A DNA stretch of 64,000 nt. Source: Verrucomicrobiaceae bacterium. Its GTDB lineage: Bacteria; Verrucomicrobiota; Verrucomicrobiia; Verrucomicrobiales; Verrucomicrobiaceae. Position numbers and translations under genes: made by a program. The stretch lies in NCBI GenBank assembly GCA_947440575.1, contig CANETF010000001.1, positions 10,400 to 74,399 on the forward strand, in the 5' to 3' direction. Shown one piece after another: positions 1 to 13,327 of the stretch. The notes beneath the pieces were generated by a model, which was given only the letters and a program-made list of their open reading frames with translations, was not told the DNA's origin and made no database searches. Each line of letters starts with the position of its first letter. Positions within the stretch are counted from its first letter, which is position 1.

Positions 1-1037
1 CTTACGCCACAAAGCTGACTCAGTGGAAGACCACCATGGCCGCTGCCAAAGGCCAATCTCCGGAACAACGCAAACGCCTCCCCAAAAAGCCCGACGCCCC
101 CAAGCCCCCCTTGCTCACCGAAGGCAAACCCGGCGTCCTCTTCGCCTCCATGATCCACCCCTTCACCGGCTACACCATGCGCGGCGCCATCTGGTATCAA
201 GGCGAAGGCAACGCCAAAGCCGGCGCCGTGCCCTACGATCAAACCCTCCCGCTCATGATCAACGACTGGCGCCAACGCTGGAACGACGAATTCTCCTTCT
301 ACTACGTGCAGCTCGCCAGCTACCACGCCCCCTCCAACGCCCCCGGAACACCCGACTCCTGGGCCCTGACCCAAGACCGCATGCGCCTCGTGCTCGCTAC
401 CACTCCCAAGACCGGCATGGCCATCACCAACGACGTCGGTGAGGCAAACGACATCCATCCCAAAAACAAAAAAGACCCCGGCGAACGCCTCGCCCGCTGG
501 GCCCTCGCCAAAGACTACGGCCAAACCCTCACCTATTCCGGCCCTCTCTTCCAATCTAGCCAGACCCTCGATAATGCCATCCGCGTGACCTTCGACCAAA
601 GCGGCTCCGGTCTCAAATCCCGCGACGGCGGCCCTCTCAAGCGCTTCGAAATCTCTGGCCCCGACAAAGTCTGGCACTGGGCCGACGCCAAAATCGACAG
701 CCCCAATAGCGTCCTCGTCAGCAGCCCCCAAGTCAAACAACCCGCCGCCGTTCGCTACGCCTGGGCCGCCAATCCCGAAGGCGCCAACCTCGTCAACAGC
801 GAAGGCCTCCCCACCTCCGTCTTCCGCACCGACACCTGGAATGATGTCGAAATCAAAGTCGATGCCACTGCCACAACAGCCGCTGAGGAACGTCGCGCAC
901 TCGGAGTCGAAATCCGCGCCCTCGCCGCCGAACGCGCCAAACACGACAAAAAGAGTCCCGAATACCAGGCCCTCAACAAGAAGTTCCAGGAACTCATGAC
1001 GAAGTTCAAACAAGGTGCGCTACCAAAAAAGTCGTGA
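1..1037 (+). CDS. sialate O-acetylesterase family (SASA/DUF303) esterase, 5'-truncated by the window edge
   Basis: The frame is open from nt 3 (YATKLTQWKTT precedes the listed Met at 36). Motifs WYQGEGN, DIHPKNKK and VRYAWAANPEGANLVNSEGLP align by eye with the paralog at 37140-39104. Stop is TGA at 1035-1037. A Lys/Glu-rich helical tail follows the catalytic domain. Confidence 0.8.
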   Translation, partial: YATKLTQWKTTMAAAKGQSPEQRKRLPKKPDAPKPPLLTEGKPGVLFASMIHPFTGYTMRGAIWYQGEGNAKAGAVPYDQTLPLMINDWRQRWNDEFSFYYVQLASYHAPSNAPGTPDSWALTQDRMRLVLATTPKTGMAITNDVGEANDIHPKNKKDPGERLARWALAKDYGQTLTYSGPLFQSSQTLDNAIRVTFDQSGSGLKSRDGGPLKRFEISGPDKVWHWADAKIDSPNSVLVSSPQVKQPAAVRYAWAANPEGANLVNSEGLPTSVFRTDTWNDVEIKVDATATTAAEERRALGVEIRALAAERAKHDKKSPEYQALNKKFQELMTKFKQGALPKKS

Positions 1038-1056
1038 TACATGAACGTCCTCGTTC

Positions 1057-1674
1057 GTGATGCCTGCCTGGATCGAATACTTTGCCGTCGCCGTTTGCGC
1101 CATCTCAGCAGTGCTCGCCGCTGAGGGCAAAGGCATGGACCTCTTTGGCGTCATGGTCCTCGCCCTCGTCACCGCCGTCGGTGGCGGCACCATCCGCGAC
1201 CTCTGCCTCGGCGTCCGCCCCCTGTTCTGGATCGCCGAACCCATGCACGTCTGGACCGCCCTGGTCTCCGCTGTCGTCACCTTCGCGCTCGTGCGCTTCG
1301 CCCACCTCCCCCATCGCCTTCTCGCCCTCGCAGACGCTTTCGGACTCGCCCTTTTTGGCATAGTCGGCACCGAAAAAGCCCTCGCGCTGGGCACCCCCGG
1401 CATCGTCGCCATCCTCCTTGGCATCGTCACCGGTGTCGCCGGCGGCATCCTGCGCGACGTCTTGCGTGGTGAAATCCCCTGGGTCTTCAAACCCGAAGTC
1501 AACTTCTACGCCACCGCCGTTTTCGCCGGATCCCTCGTCTTCGTTCTCCTGCGCCAGTCGTTGCCTCCCTCCGAAAGCCATCGCTACATCGGCATGACCG
1601 TCATCCTACTCATGCGCCTCGCCGCCATGCGCTGGCACTGGCGCCTACCCACCTTTCAAAGCCGCGCGTCGTGA
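1057..1674 (+). CDS. trimeric intracellular cation channel family protein (UPF0126, YadS/YicG-like)
   Basis: Polytopic membrane protein carrying the duplicated glycine motif VGGGTIRDL and VAGGILRDV typical of UPF0126/TRIC. GTG at 1057 is followed directly by ATG at 1060, so the true start may be 1060. Confidence 0.8.
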   Translation: MMPAWIEYFAVAVCAISAVLAAEGKGMDLFGVMVLALVTAVGGGTIRDLCLGVRPLFWIAEPMHVWTALVSAVVTFALVRFAHLPHRLLALADAFGLALFGIVGTEKALALGTPGIVAILLGIVTGVAGGILRDVLRGEIPWVFKPEVNFYATAVFAGSLVFVLLRQSLPPSESHRYIGMTVILLMRLAAMRWHWRLPTFQSRAS

Positions 1675-1677
1675 TCC

Positions 1678-2976
1678 ATGCGCCGCCCCAACCTCCATCA
1701 ATCGATGCCTCACCTCCTCCTCTTCCTGTTCGTCTTGGGCACGCTCTCAGCCCCATCCGCCGACCTTTCAGTCACAGACCATGACTCCATCCAAGCCGCA
1801 TTGGATGCCCATCCCAACCACATGCTCTACGTCCCAGCAGGCGACTACCTGATCCAGGAAAAAATCCGCATTCGTGGTGAACGCAGCGGCCTCTTCGGCC
1901 CCGGCCGCATCATCCAACAAAAGGCAGACCAACCCATCATCGAAATCGAAAACGCCGTTGCCGCCGAGATTCGCGATCTCACCCTCACCCGCCCCGAAGG
2001 CCACCGCGAAACCAACAACGAAGGCATCCTCGCCATCCAATGCCGCGACCTCGTCATCGACAACGTTCGCGTCATCGACAACCACACACGCTCCGGCGCC
2101 ATCACCCTCCGCGAGTGCCAAAACAGCCGCATCAGCCGCTGCCTCGTGCGAAACTACATGCGCGTCACCATCGATGACCGCACCAAAAGCCTCGAATGGG
2201 GCTACGCCTTCAACTGCACCGACGGCTCCGGCATCAACATCAGCTACAGCACCGGCACCCTCATCGAAGCCAACCGCATCCTCGAAGAGCGCCTCATCCC
2301 CACACCCGAAATCAAAGCCCAATACAAACTTGGCGACTGGGTCAAAAAGAATCCCGTCAAAGGCACCTTCCTAAGCCAGCAAACCTGGGACGCCGGCTAC
2401 ACCGACAACTGGCAGCAAGGCAGCGGCCTCGTCGTCACCGCGCCCGCCGTGAGCAACCTCACCCGCATCCTTGGCAACCACATTGAAAACGCCGCTCAAG
2501 GCATCGACATCCACTGCGACCAGGTCGTCGTCAGTAACAACATCATCACCAACGCCTTCATGGGCATGAAAGCCATGCACGGCAGCCGCAATGTGCTCAT
2601 CACCGGCAATCAATTTCACCGCAACAGCCTTTGGGCCATCGGCCTCATGCCCGGCGCCGGCGCCAACGCCGAAAACGCCGACGGCGGCTCGATCATCGCC
2701 AACAACATCATCTCCGACTTCGGCCACGGCAACGCCCACTGGATCTGGGGCAATGAACGCTCGCCCTTCAAATTCGACAACGGCCAGCAGGACGACGATC
2801 CCCCGCTCACCGACGTCATCGTCACCGGCAACCTCCTTCAAAGCATCGGCCCGCCGCGCTACAAATACGCCGTCATCATCGCCGGCGGCCCCAAAGGCCC
2901 TCAAGGCATGCGCTTCTCCAACAACCTCCTCCACCCCGGCACCGAAGGCGTCAGCAACTCCCCCCTACCACCCTGA
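1678..2976 (+). CDS. secreted right-handed parallel beta-helix repeat protein (pectate-lyase-fold, specificity unknown)
   Basis: N-terminal signal peptide (LLLFLFVLGTLSAPSA). Repeated N-x-I/V-x-x-N coils (VIDNVRVIDN, VVSNNIITN, LITGNQFHRN, IIANNIISD, IVTGNLL). Confidence 0.7.
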   Translation: MRRPNLHQSMPHLLLFLFVLGTLSAPSADLSVTDHDSIQAALDAHPNHMLYVPAGDYLIQEKIRIRGERSGLFGPGRIIQQKADQPIIEIENAVAAEIRDLTLTRPEGHRETNNEGILAIQCRDLVIDNVRVIDNHTRSGAITLRECQNSRISRCLVRNYMRVTIDDRTKSLEWGYAFNCTDGSGINISYSTGTLIEANRILEERLIPTPEIKAQYKLGDWVKKNPVKGTFLSQQTWDAGYTDNWQQGSGLVVTAPAVSNLTRILGNHIENAAQGIDIHCDQVVVSNNIITNAFMGMKAMHGSRNVLITGNQFHRNSLWAIGLMPGAGANAENADGGSIIANNIISDFGHGNAHWIWGNERSPFKFDNGQQDDDPPLTDVIVTGNLLQSIGPPRYKYAVIIAGGPKGPQGMRFSNNLLHPGTEGVSNSPLPP

Positions 2977-3086
2977 CCCGCCTCTTCGCATTCCTTCGTG
3001 GCTAGCCTGGATGATGCCGTGAGACGTCAAAATGAGCCCACCGATACGAAAATGTGTTAAACGCGGCGGATTCGTGGAGATAACTC

Positions 3087-3635
3087 GTGTTGTCACTCTT
3101 CATGTCTCCATCCGAAATCGAACGTCACCGTCGTTTCCTGCGTCTCTTCACGGCGCATGAAGCAGCGGTACGTTCGTATGTGCGGCGACTGCTGCCGACG
3201 AGAGTGGATGCGGATGATGTGATGCAGGACGTGAGCGTGGTGCTTTGGGAAAAATTTGATTCGTTTCGCGAGGGTGAAGATTTCCGGGCATGGGCCTTCG
3301 GCGTGGCGCGGTTCGAGGCTCTGGGATGGCTGCGCGACAAAGGGCGTGACCGACTCGTGTTGAACGAGGACGTGGTGCTGAAAATCGCGGAAGAGTCGGA
3401 GCAAAATGAGCCAAAGCTGGAGCAGCAGCGTGAGGCGCTGGAGCGTTGCATGGCGAGAGTGCCCGCCGACCAGCGCGAACTGCTGATGCAGGCGTATCAA
3501 CCAGAAGCGCGCATTCAGGAAGTGGCTCAGGGCAGTGGCCGCTCGGTGCCGGGATTTTATCAATGGCTGCATCGGATGAGGCGGATGCTGCTGGATTGCA
3601 TTCGCCGCGCACTCCAACAGGAGGCATCATCATGA
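3087..3635 (+). CDS. ECF-type RNA polymerase sigma-70 family factor (Rhodopirellula/Verrucomicrobium-type)
   Basis: Region 2 ([31 protein letters not shown]) and region 4 ([13 protein letters not shown]...[23 protein letters not shown]). The listed start is GTG at 3087; ATG at 3102 is an alternative. The stop overlaps the next gene's start (ATGA at 3632-3635). Confidence 0.85.
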   Translation: MLSLFMSPSEIERHRRFLRLFTAHEAAVRSYVRRLLPTRVDADDVMQDVSVVLWEKFDSFREGEDFRAWAFGVARFEALGWLRDKGRDRLVLNEDVVLKIAEESEQNEPKLEQQREALERCMARVPADQRELLMQAYQPEARIQEVAQGSGRSVPGFYQWLHRMRRMLLDCIRRALQQEASS

Positions 3636-5110
3636 ACCCGGAACTCGAATCGCTCACTCATCGCTATCTGGATGGCAGCATCTCCACCGAAGAGATGTCA
3701 CAGCTCAATCGCTTCCTCGATGCGAGCGCAGAGGCACGGCGTGAGTTCGTTGAACTGCTCAATCTCGATTCAGCGGTCGCGGCGAGTGCTGCGGGTTGGG
3801 AACAGAAGCAAACGGAACCCCTCGTGAAAAGCTCTCCATCCGCTCAGCGCATGGCGTTTCCACCCACCATGCGCTGGCTGGCTGCTGCGGCTTGTGTGAC
3901 CTTGCTCGCTAGCGCGGGTTGGTGGTTGCAGGGTAGCCAGCGCGTGCTCGCCACCATCGTAAACGATGCAGGTGTAGTGGAACTCTCGAAGGGCACTAAG
4001 TTGAGAGGCGAGACGCATTCGCTCAAAGGCGGAAGTGTGGAACTCGTGACCGCTCTCGGAGCACGAGTTGTCATTGAAGCACCGGCGGAGTTTCGGTTTG
4101 AGTCGGCACAGCGTTTGCACATGCTGAGCGGTCGTCTTTCGGCGGAAGTGCCCCCAGCGGCGAAGGGTTTCACAGTGGTCACACCTTCGGGTGATGCGGT
4201 GGATCTCGGCACGCGGTTCGGCGTGGATGTGCCACGGAACGGTGCGGCAGAAATTCATGTGTTTCAGGGCGAGGTCATCGCGAAAGCCTCGGGTGATACG
4301 AACAAGCAAAGTCTGCGCGGCGGTGATGCGGTAACGATGGATGGCGGCTCGAGCACAGTCCGCGAGTTGCGTTCCTCGGCCTTCATTCAGGCCGAGGAAA
4401 TGAACGGTCTGAGCGCAGGGCTAGCGGCAGGTCAGCGCGCGCGTTCGGAGGCCGCGCTCTCGGCCATGCGGAATGATCCCGCTCTTATCGCGCTGCTAGA
4501 CTTTGAGTCCGAGAAGACGCAGCCCGGGATCTTCCGCACGGTGCAGGGACGCTGGCCGGGATCGCGGGCTCCGGAGTTTGTGAATGTGGGCGATCACTTG
4601 AAGCTCGATGTTGGCGGCGACCGCGAATGGCCTCAACTCACATTGGCGACATGGGTGCGTCTCGATCGTCTCGGTGCTCCTTATCAATCGTTGCTGCACA
4701 CCGATGGATGGAACAAGAGCAATCCAGGCCAGGTTCACTGGATGGTCACAAAACTTACAACCATGCGCCTCGCTCTTTTTGCCAATACACTCACCCAGGG
4801 GTCCGATGAAACCAACGGATTCCCCGATTCCCGCACCTCTGTGTTGCCGGAGCAAGGCCGCTGGGTGCATCTCGCCGCGGTTTATGATTCCGTCGCGAAG
4901 ACAGTGCGCTTCTATCTCAACGGCCAGTTTGACAAAGAAACGCATCAAGCCATCGCCCATCCCGCACGGCTAGGTCCTGCCCAAATCGGTAACTGGGATC
5001 AACAAGATCGCAAATTGAGCGGTCGCGTGGATGAACTACTTCTACTCGGCCGCACAATGAATGATGAAGAGGTGCGTGCGCTCTATGAAGCTGGCAATCC
5101 CTATCGCTGA
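3632..5110 (+). CDS. FecR-like anti-sigma factor with C-terminal LamG (concanavalin-like) domain
   Basis: Begins [28 protein letters not shown] (anti-sigma N-terminal helix). One TM segment ([19 protein letters not shown]), a FecR-type beta domain ([16 protein letters not shown]...IHVFQGEV) and a LamG-like C-terminus ([11 protein letters not shown]...[11 protein letters not shown]...RFYLNGQ). I trimmed the 3446 start in the ORF track because it overlaps the sigma gene. Confidence 0.75.
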   Translation: MNPELESLTHRYLDGSISTEEMSQLNRFLDASAEARREFVELLNLDSAVAASAAGWEQKQTEPLVKSSPSAQRMAFPPTMRWLAAAACVTLLASAGWWLQGSQRVLATIVNDAGVVELSKGTKLRGETHSLKGGSVELVTALGARVVIEAPAEFRFESAQRLHMLSGRLSAEVPPAAKGFTVVTPSGDAVDLGTRFGVDVPRNGAAEIHVFQGEVIAKASGDTNKQSLRGGDAVTMDGGSSTVRELRSSAFIQAEEMNGLSAGLAAGQRARSEAALSAMRNDPALIALLDFESEKTQPGIFRTVQGRWPGSRAPEFVNVGDHLKLDVGGDREWPQLTLATWVRLDRLGAPYQSLLHTDGWNKSNPGQVHWMVTKLTTMRLALFANTLTQGSDETNGFPDSRTSVLPEQGRWVHLAAVYDSVAKTVRFYLNGQFDKETHQAIAHPARLGPAQIGNWDQQDRKLSGRVDELLLLGRTMNDEEVRALYEAGNPYR

Positions 5111-5118
5111 GACCTCAT

Positions 5119-7838
5119 ATGAAATTGACGAGCTTCCCAATCTACCTGCTTTTTGCCATGGCTGCCGCTGCCGCACCTGTGGACTTCGTCCGCGAAGTGC
5201 GCCCGATCTTCGAAACGCACTGCTATGAGTGCCACGGCGAGGTGAAGCATAAGGGCGGCATTCGTCTCGATGTGAAGGCGGCGGCGCTGAAGGGCGGTGA
5301 CAACGACGGACCGAACATCATTCCGGGAAAGGCGAAGGAGAGTTCGCTTATTCATTTCGTCACTTCGACCGAAGAAGATGAGGTCATGCCGCCGAAGGGT
5401 GTGCGACTCTCCGCAGAGCAAGTCGCCACTCTAATCGCGTGGATCAATGAAGGTGCCATCTGGCCCGATGGTGTCGATTTGGTGAAGCTGAAGGACAAGA
5501 GCGACCATTGGAGCTTCAAACCGGTGAAAACGTTCGCAGATCTCCTCACTATTGATGCGTTCATCGACGCTAAACTCGCCGAGCAAGACCTTCGCCGTTC
5601 ACAGCCTGCTGATCCAGTCTCCTGGCTTCGGCGAGTGACCTTTGATCTTATCGGTCTACCACCCACTCCGGAGGAAATGGAGGCCTTCTTGAGAAAGCCC
5701 GACCACTCCGCCACCGTCGAGCGACTGCTCGCCTCTCCGCGCTACGGCGAGCGCTGGGCGCAGCATTGGCTGGACGTGGTGCGCTATGCGGACACGCACG
5801 GTTTTGAGGTAAACACCGAGCGGCCCAACGCGTGGCCATATCGCGACTACGTCATCCGGGCCTTCAACAACGACACGCCGTATGACCACTTCATCAAAGA
5901 GCAGATCGTTGGCGATGCATTGGGCGCGGATGCAGCGACGGGATTCCTCGTCACAGCGTCGGTATTGCTGCCGGGCCAGATCGGCAAAGATGAGCCGTCG
6001 AAGCGGCTCGCGCGCCAGGATTCGCTCGATGAGATGGTGACGAATATCGGTCAAACTTTCCTCGGTCTCAGCGTCGGCTGTGCCCGTTGCCACGATCACA
6101 AATTTGATCCCATCAGCGCCAAGGACTACTATGCCATGCAGGCCTTAGTCGCCGGAGTCGAGTATCAGGATCGGGAACTGCACACGCCGGAGGCTGTAGC
6201 GGCTCGGGAGCGCATGAAGCAGATCAAAATGCAGGTAGCTGCACTCGAAAAACAACTTTCACGCTTTGTGCCACTCGCAAACTCAGGCGTGAAGCGTCCG
6301 ATGATCACCGCCCTTGAGAATGTGGATCGCTTTTCTCCGTCGATGGCCAAGCGCGTGCGCTTCACCATTCGCGAGACCAATAGCCTCGAGCCCTGCCTCG
6401 ATGAACTCGAGGTCTTTAGCACCGCAGGCGCAAACATCGCGCTCAACGCCGCCGTGACCGTGTCCGGTGAAAAGGTGACCGCCGACCGCCATGAGCAGCA
6501 ATTTGTCAACGACGGCAACTACGGCAATTCGCGGAGCTGGATGTCAAACGAGATGGGCCAGGGCTGGGTGATGATCGAATTCACGCAGGCGGAGAAAATC
6601 GACCGCGTCATCTGGGGCCGCGACCGGGAAGGCAAATTCAAGGACCGACTCGCCACAAGCTACTTCATCGAAATCGCTGATGCATCCGGCACTTGGAGGA
6701 CCGTCGCAGACTCCGACGACCGCGAGAGCTTTGATGCGAGCAAGGCCACAAAGCCAGAGTTCGCCGCCCAAGGGATTCCCAAAGAAGAAGCTGAAGTAGC
6801 TGGCAAATTGCGCGCCCAAAAGGTTGCACTCGAAAAGGAACTCAGCGGACTCGATGCCTCACAAAAAGTCTTCGCCGGCATCTTCCGCAAACCCGACGCA
6901 ATCCACCTGCTCAATCGCGGCGATCCCGAGCAACCGAAGGAGGAGGTTATCCCCGCCGTGCTCAGCACGCTCGGCGATGTGAAGCTGGACAAGCAAACGC
7001 CCGAACAGCAGCGGCGGGCCGCGCTTGCCGACTGGATCGCCAGTCGCCAAAACCCGCTCACGGCACGCGTAATGGTAAATCGCATCTGGCAGGGCCACTT
7101 TGGCGTCGGACTTGTCGAAACACCGAGCGACTTTGGCAACAACGGCATGAAGCCAACACATCCCGAGCTGCTTGACTGGCTTGCGAGTGAGTTCATCCGC
7201 TCCGGCTGGAGCGTAAAACACATGCATCGGCTCATTGTCCTGAGTGAGACCTATCGGCAGTCCTCCGCATCCAATGACCAAGCCGCTGAAAAGGACTCTG
7301 ATGTGCGCCTTCTCTGGCGTTTCCCCTCGCGCCGACTAGAAGCCGAAGCCATCCGCGACTCCATGCTCACCATCAGCGGTCAGCTCAATCTGACGATGCA
7401 TGGCCGTGGCTACGACCTCTTTGACAAACGCGGTGGTCTCAGCGGCTTCAATCCCGTCGAGACATCCACGCCCGAGAACCAGCGCCGCATGATTTACGCG
7501 CACAAAGTCCGCCGCGAGCCCGAAGCTGTCTTCGGAGCCTTCGACTGTCCTGACGCCGGACAGAGCACGGCCGCGCGGCGCGCCAGCACCACACCCATCC
7601 AAGCGCTGAATCTCTTCAACAGTCGCTTCACGCTCGATCAATCCGAAGCCTTCGCTTCTCGCGTGAAGAAGGAAGCCGGCGAAAACATGGCTCAACAAAT
7701 CCAACGCGCCTACCAACTCGCCCTCACTCGTGAACCCACCGCCGAAGAGCTAAATGACACTTTGCCTACCGTCAAAAAATATGGCCTCGCCACGCTCTGC
7801 CGCGCCCTCTTCAACAGCAACGAGTTCCTTTTCCAGCC

Positions 7839-7842
<4 letters not shown>
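5119..7842 (+). CDS. PSCyt / DUF1549 / F5-8 type C (discoidin) / DUF1553 protein
   Basis: Signal peptide, then CYECHG haem-type motif (5221-5235). DUF1549 motif [20 protein letters not shown]. Central discoidin-like insert ([21 protein letters not shown]...GWVMIEF). DUF1553 motifs [33 protein letters not shown] and [10 protein letters not shown]. Confidence 0.85.
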
Positions 7843-9314
<1,472 letters not shown>

Positions 9315-9568
9315 ACGACCAGATGCTTTCCGCAGCCAAAACGCCTCCGACACTAGACTCTCCCTCTTGTCCGCTAGCTCCACCGCTTCACCGAAAGTTC
9401 GTCATTCGCTTCTATCCGACGAACCCATGAACATGGACGCAGTAGTGCACCCAACTCCCATCCCTACGCCTAAAGTTTGCTCCACACCGGCTCAAAACCA
9501 AAGCCCCAGACGTGCTCCTCGCTCGCTCTGCTGGCGCAGGTGATATGATGGAAGCCTGTGATCATCTC

Positions 9569-9599
9569 GGTCAGCCAGTTCCGTAGAAGCTGGCTGACC
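9569..9599. terminator. perfect 10-bp stem hairpin between convergent genes
   Basis: GGTCAGCCAG (9569-9578) and CTGGCTGACC (9590-9599) are exact reverse complements around an 11-nt loop. It lies 23 nt past the metY stop. There is no clear U-tract on either strand. Confidence 0.45.
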
Positions 9600-9622
9600 C
9601 ACGATCTCTGTCCATGAATTCG

Positions 9623-10978
<1,356 letters not shown>

Positions 10979-11092
10979 TCAGAAAATCCAAGCCCAGGCG
11001 AATCCATCTTGAGTCGTTCATTCGGCTTTCAGGGCCTTCGTCCGCGTGCTTAGCTTGACCGTCAAACTCACTCCCCTTCTAGAAATGCCGCC

Positions 11093-12064
11093 ATGAACCG
11101 CACGGATCGACTTGTCGCCCTTGTCATGATGCTTCAGTCACGCCGGGTGACCACAGCAGCCGAGATGGCGGTGCATTTCGAGATCACCGAGCGCACGGTT
11201 TATCGCGACATCGCCGCCCTTGGTGAAAGCGGCGTCCCCATCGTCGGAGAGCCCGGGGTGGGATACAGCCTCATGCGCGGCTATCATTTATCGCCGGTCA
11301 TGTTTTCGCCGGAGGAAGCCTTTGCGCTCTTCACCGGCGGCCTGCTCACGGAGCGCATGACGGATGGCTCCATGCGTGAATCCATACGTTCAGCCATCGG
11401 AAAAGTCACCGCCGTCCTGCCCACCGGCTTGCAGAGCCGAGTGGATCGATTGCGAAAAACCATCGTCGTCGGAGGGCGCCCCCCGACACGCGGTGTGGTG
11501 CCCCTGTCCACGGTCCAACAGGCGCTGGCCGCCGGTTGTCTTCTGCGACTCAACTACCGTGGGGCAGCACGTTCCGAAGCCGTGGAACGCATAGTGGAGC
11601 CGCTAGGTTTGGTCTTCTACCTGGATCATTGGCATCTCATCGCCTGGTGTCGACTACGCGACGACGTGCGGGACTTCCGCGTGGACCGCATTCTTCGGTG
11701 TGATGCCCTGCCAGACACCATCTCACCGCGCCCCGGCTTCGATCTCACGGAGCATCTTTCCCACTGCATGACAGCAGAGCGCAATGAGTTCGCTGTGATC
11801 GAAGTCCCCGCCCTCTCCATCGAAAGCGTCCGCCGATACTGGGGGCCAACCCTTGTCGAAGAGACGACCATTGGAAAGCGAGTGCGGGTGCGCTTTGCTT
11901 TCCAAACAAGCGGCTACGACTACGTCGCACGTTGGCTGCTAGGCCTGGGAACGGAGGCCGAGATCATTTCGCCAGAGGCTCTCAAGGACAAAGTCGTCAC
12001 ATTGGCCCTCGCCACAGCCGATCACCATGCGCCAAAAGAATTCAAAAAACGAAAACGCTCCTGA
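11093..12064 (+). CDS. YafY-family transcriptional regulator (HTH + WYL domain)
   Basis: N-terminal HTH (RTDRLVALVMMLQSRRVTTAAEMAVHFEITERTVYRDIAAL). WYL core (LVFYLDHWHLIAWCRLRDDVRDFRVDRI). Confidence 0.85.
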   Translation: MNRTDRLVALVMMLQSRRVTTAAEMAVHFEITERTVYRDIAALGESGVPIVGEPGVGYSLMRGYHLSPVMFSPEEAFALFTGGLLTERMTDGSMRESIRSAIGKVTAVLPTGLQSRVDRLRKTIVVGGRPPTRGVVPLSTVQQALAAGCLLRLNYRGAARSEAVERIVEPLGLVFYLDHWHLIAWCRLRDDVRDFRVDRILRCDALPDTISPRPGFDLTEHLSHCMTAERNEFAVIEVPALSIESVRRYWGPTLVEETTIGKRVRVRFAFQTSGYDYVARWLLGLGTEAEIISPEALKDKVVTLALATADHHAPKEFKKRKRS

Positions 12065-12084
12065 CATAGGGTTGTCAGTGGGTC

Positions 12085-12561
12085 GTGCTAAAAATCGATC
12101 TCTCACCCAAAGCAGTTATGCCCAAAACTAAACCCACATGGACCCAAAAGCTCCAGTGCAGCAAACCTGCAGCGATCAAAACTCTCGACAAAGCCTTTGC
12201 GGATATGCCCGAAGGCAGTCGCATGATGATCGCCTCGCCTGAAATCATCGACCGCTATGTCCGCCATTTAGCTTCAGGTCAATTCAGCACCCCCAAGGAA
12301 CTGCGGGCCGACCTCGCTGACAGCCACAAGGCTGAGCACACGTGCCCGGTGACCACCGGCATCTTCCTGCGAGTCGTGGCCGAAGCCGCCTGGGAACAGC
12401 ATTTGGCGGGTGTTCCCAAGGAGGACATCACTCCTTTTTGGCGAGTGATCGACCCGGAATCACCTCTCGCAGGGAAACTTGCCTGCGGCCTGGAGTTTAT
12501 CCGCACACAACGCTCCTCGGAGAAATCTGTCTCAGCAAACAAACCCCATCAATCCAAGTAA
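12085..12561 (+). CDS. hypothetical protein, possibly MGMT/alkyltransferase-like DNA-binding fold
   Basis: ORF with coding-like codon bias. TPFWRVIDP loosely resembles the P-[CW]-H-R-V helix of MGMT/ATL proteins but has no Cys. GTG at 12085; ATG at 12118 is an alternative start. Confidence 0.4.
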   Translation: MLKIDLSPKAVMPKTKPTWTQKLQCSKPAAIKTLDKAFADMPEGSRMMIASPEIIDRYVRHLASGQFSTPKELRADLADSHKAEHTCPVTTGIFLRVVAEAAWEQHLAGVPKEDITPFWRVIDPESPLAGKLACGLEFIRTQRSSEKSVSANKPHQSK

Positions 12562-12583
12562 CCACACCAACTCCCACACCATC

Positions 12584-12958
12584 ATGCTCTTTACCGAAGT
12601 CGCTTTCACCTGTTATCCAGTCACGGATCTTCCTGCCTCACGCGCCTTTTACGAAGGCCTGCTCCAACTCGTCCCCACCATGGTCACCCCAATGGGAGAA
12701 GACGGCGGCTGGGTCGAGTACGAACTCGGACCTCACACACTCGCTATCGGCAAAGCTCCTGGCTGGCTCCCCAGCGCCGACGGTCCAAGCTGCGGCCTCG
12801 AGACCGTCAATTTTGACGCCACCATCGCCGCCCTGAAAGCCGCTGGCGTGCCGTTCAAAATAGAGCCCTTTGAAACACCCGTGTGCCACATGGCCATGGT
12901 GTTTGATCCCGCTGGGAACATCATCATCATTCACAAACGCAAACCCGGCCACCCTTGA
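12584..12958 (+). CDS. VOC (glyoxalase/bleomycin-resistance/dioxygenase) family protein
   Basis: About 124 aa; the FTCYPVTDLPASRAFYEGLL start and MAMVFDPAGNIIIIH end are typical VOC beta-alpha-beta modules. Start set to the ATG at 12584. Confidence 0.75.
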   Translation: MLFTEVAFTCYPVTDLPASRAFYEGLLQLVPTMVTPMGEDGGWVEYELGPHTLAIGKAPGWLPSADGPSCGLETVNFDATIAALKAAGVPFKIEPFETPVCHMAMVFDPAGNIIIIHKRKPGHP

Positions 12959-12963
12959 CCTCC

Positions 12964-13317
12964 ATGCACCAGCACGAAAAGCTCAACTACGTCGAGTTTC
13001 CCGCACGCAACCTCGCCCTCACCAAAGCCTTTTTCACCCAGGCCTTTGGATGGACCTTCAGCGATTACGGCCCCGAATACACCGCTTTCAGCAACGAAGG
13101 GCTCGATGGCGGCTTCTTCCTCTCTGACAAAGCATCAACGGCTGAAACAGGGGCCGCTTTGGTCATCTTCTACAGCGAACGACTCGAAGAAACCCAAGCC
13201 AAGGTGATGCAGGCCGGCGGCATCATCAGCACACCCACTTTCAGCTTCCCTGGAGGTCGGAGATTCCACTTCACCGAACCCTCAGGAAATGAGTTTGCCG
13301 TCTGGTCGGATCAATAG
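12964..13317 (+). CDS. VOC family protein (second copy)
   Basis: LNYVEFPARNLALTKAFFTQAFGW...RRFHFTEPSGNEFAVW. ATG at 12964 is preferred over the TTG at 12955. Confidence 0.75.
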   Translation: MHQHEKLNYVEFPARNLALTKAFFTQAFGWTFSDYGPEYTAFSNEGLDGGFFLSDKASTAETGAALVIFYSERLEETQAKVMQAGGIISTPTFSFPGGRRFHFTEPSGNEFAVWSDQ

Positions 13318-13327
13318 GAATGCCGGC

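Noticed and set aside
3446-3631. Upstream extension of the anti-sigma ORF in the track (start at 3446)
   Set aside because: It would overlap the last 190 nt of the sigma gene in another frame, and it encodes Arg/Ala/Ser-rich sequence. The ATG at 3632 gives the canonical anti-sigma N-terminus and an ATGA junction.
12490-12615. DnaA-box-like nonamers (TTATCCGCA, TTATCCAGT) that might mark a replication origin, given the strand-composition changes
   Set aside because: Both have mismatches and lie inside coding sequence. No AT-rich unwinding region or dnaA/dnaN is nearby. The composition changes are patchy along the window rather than a single switch.
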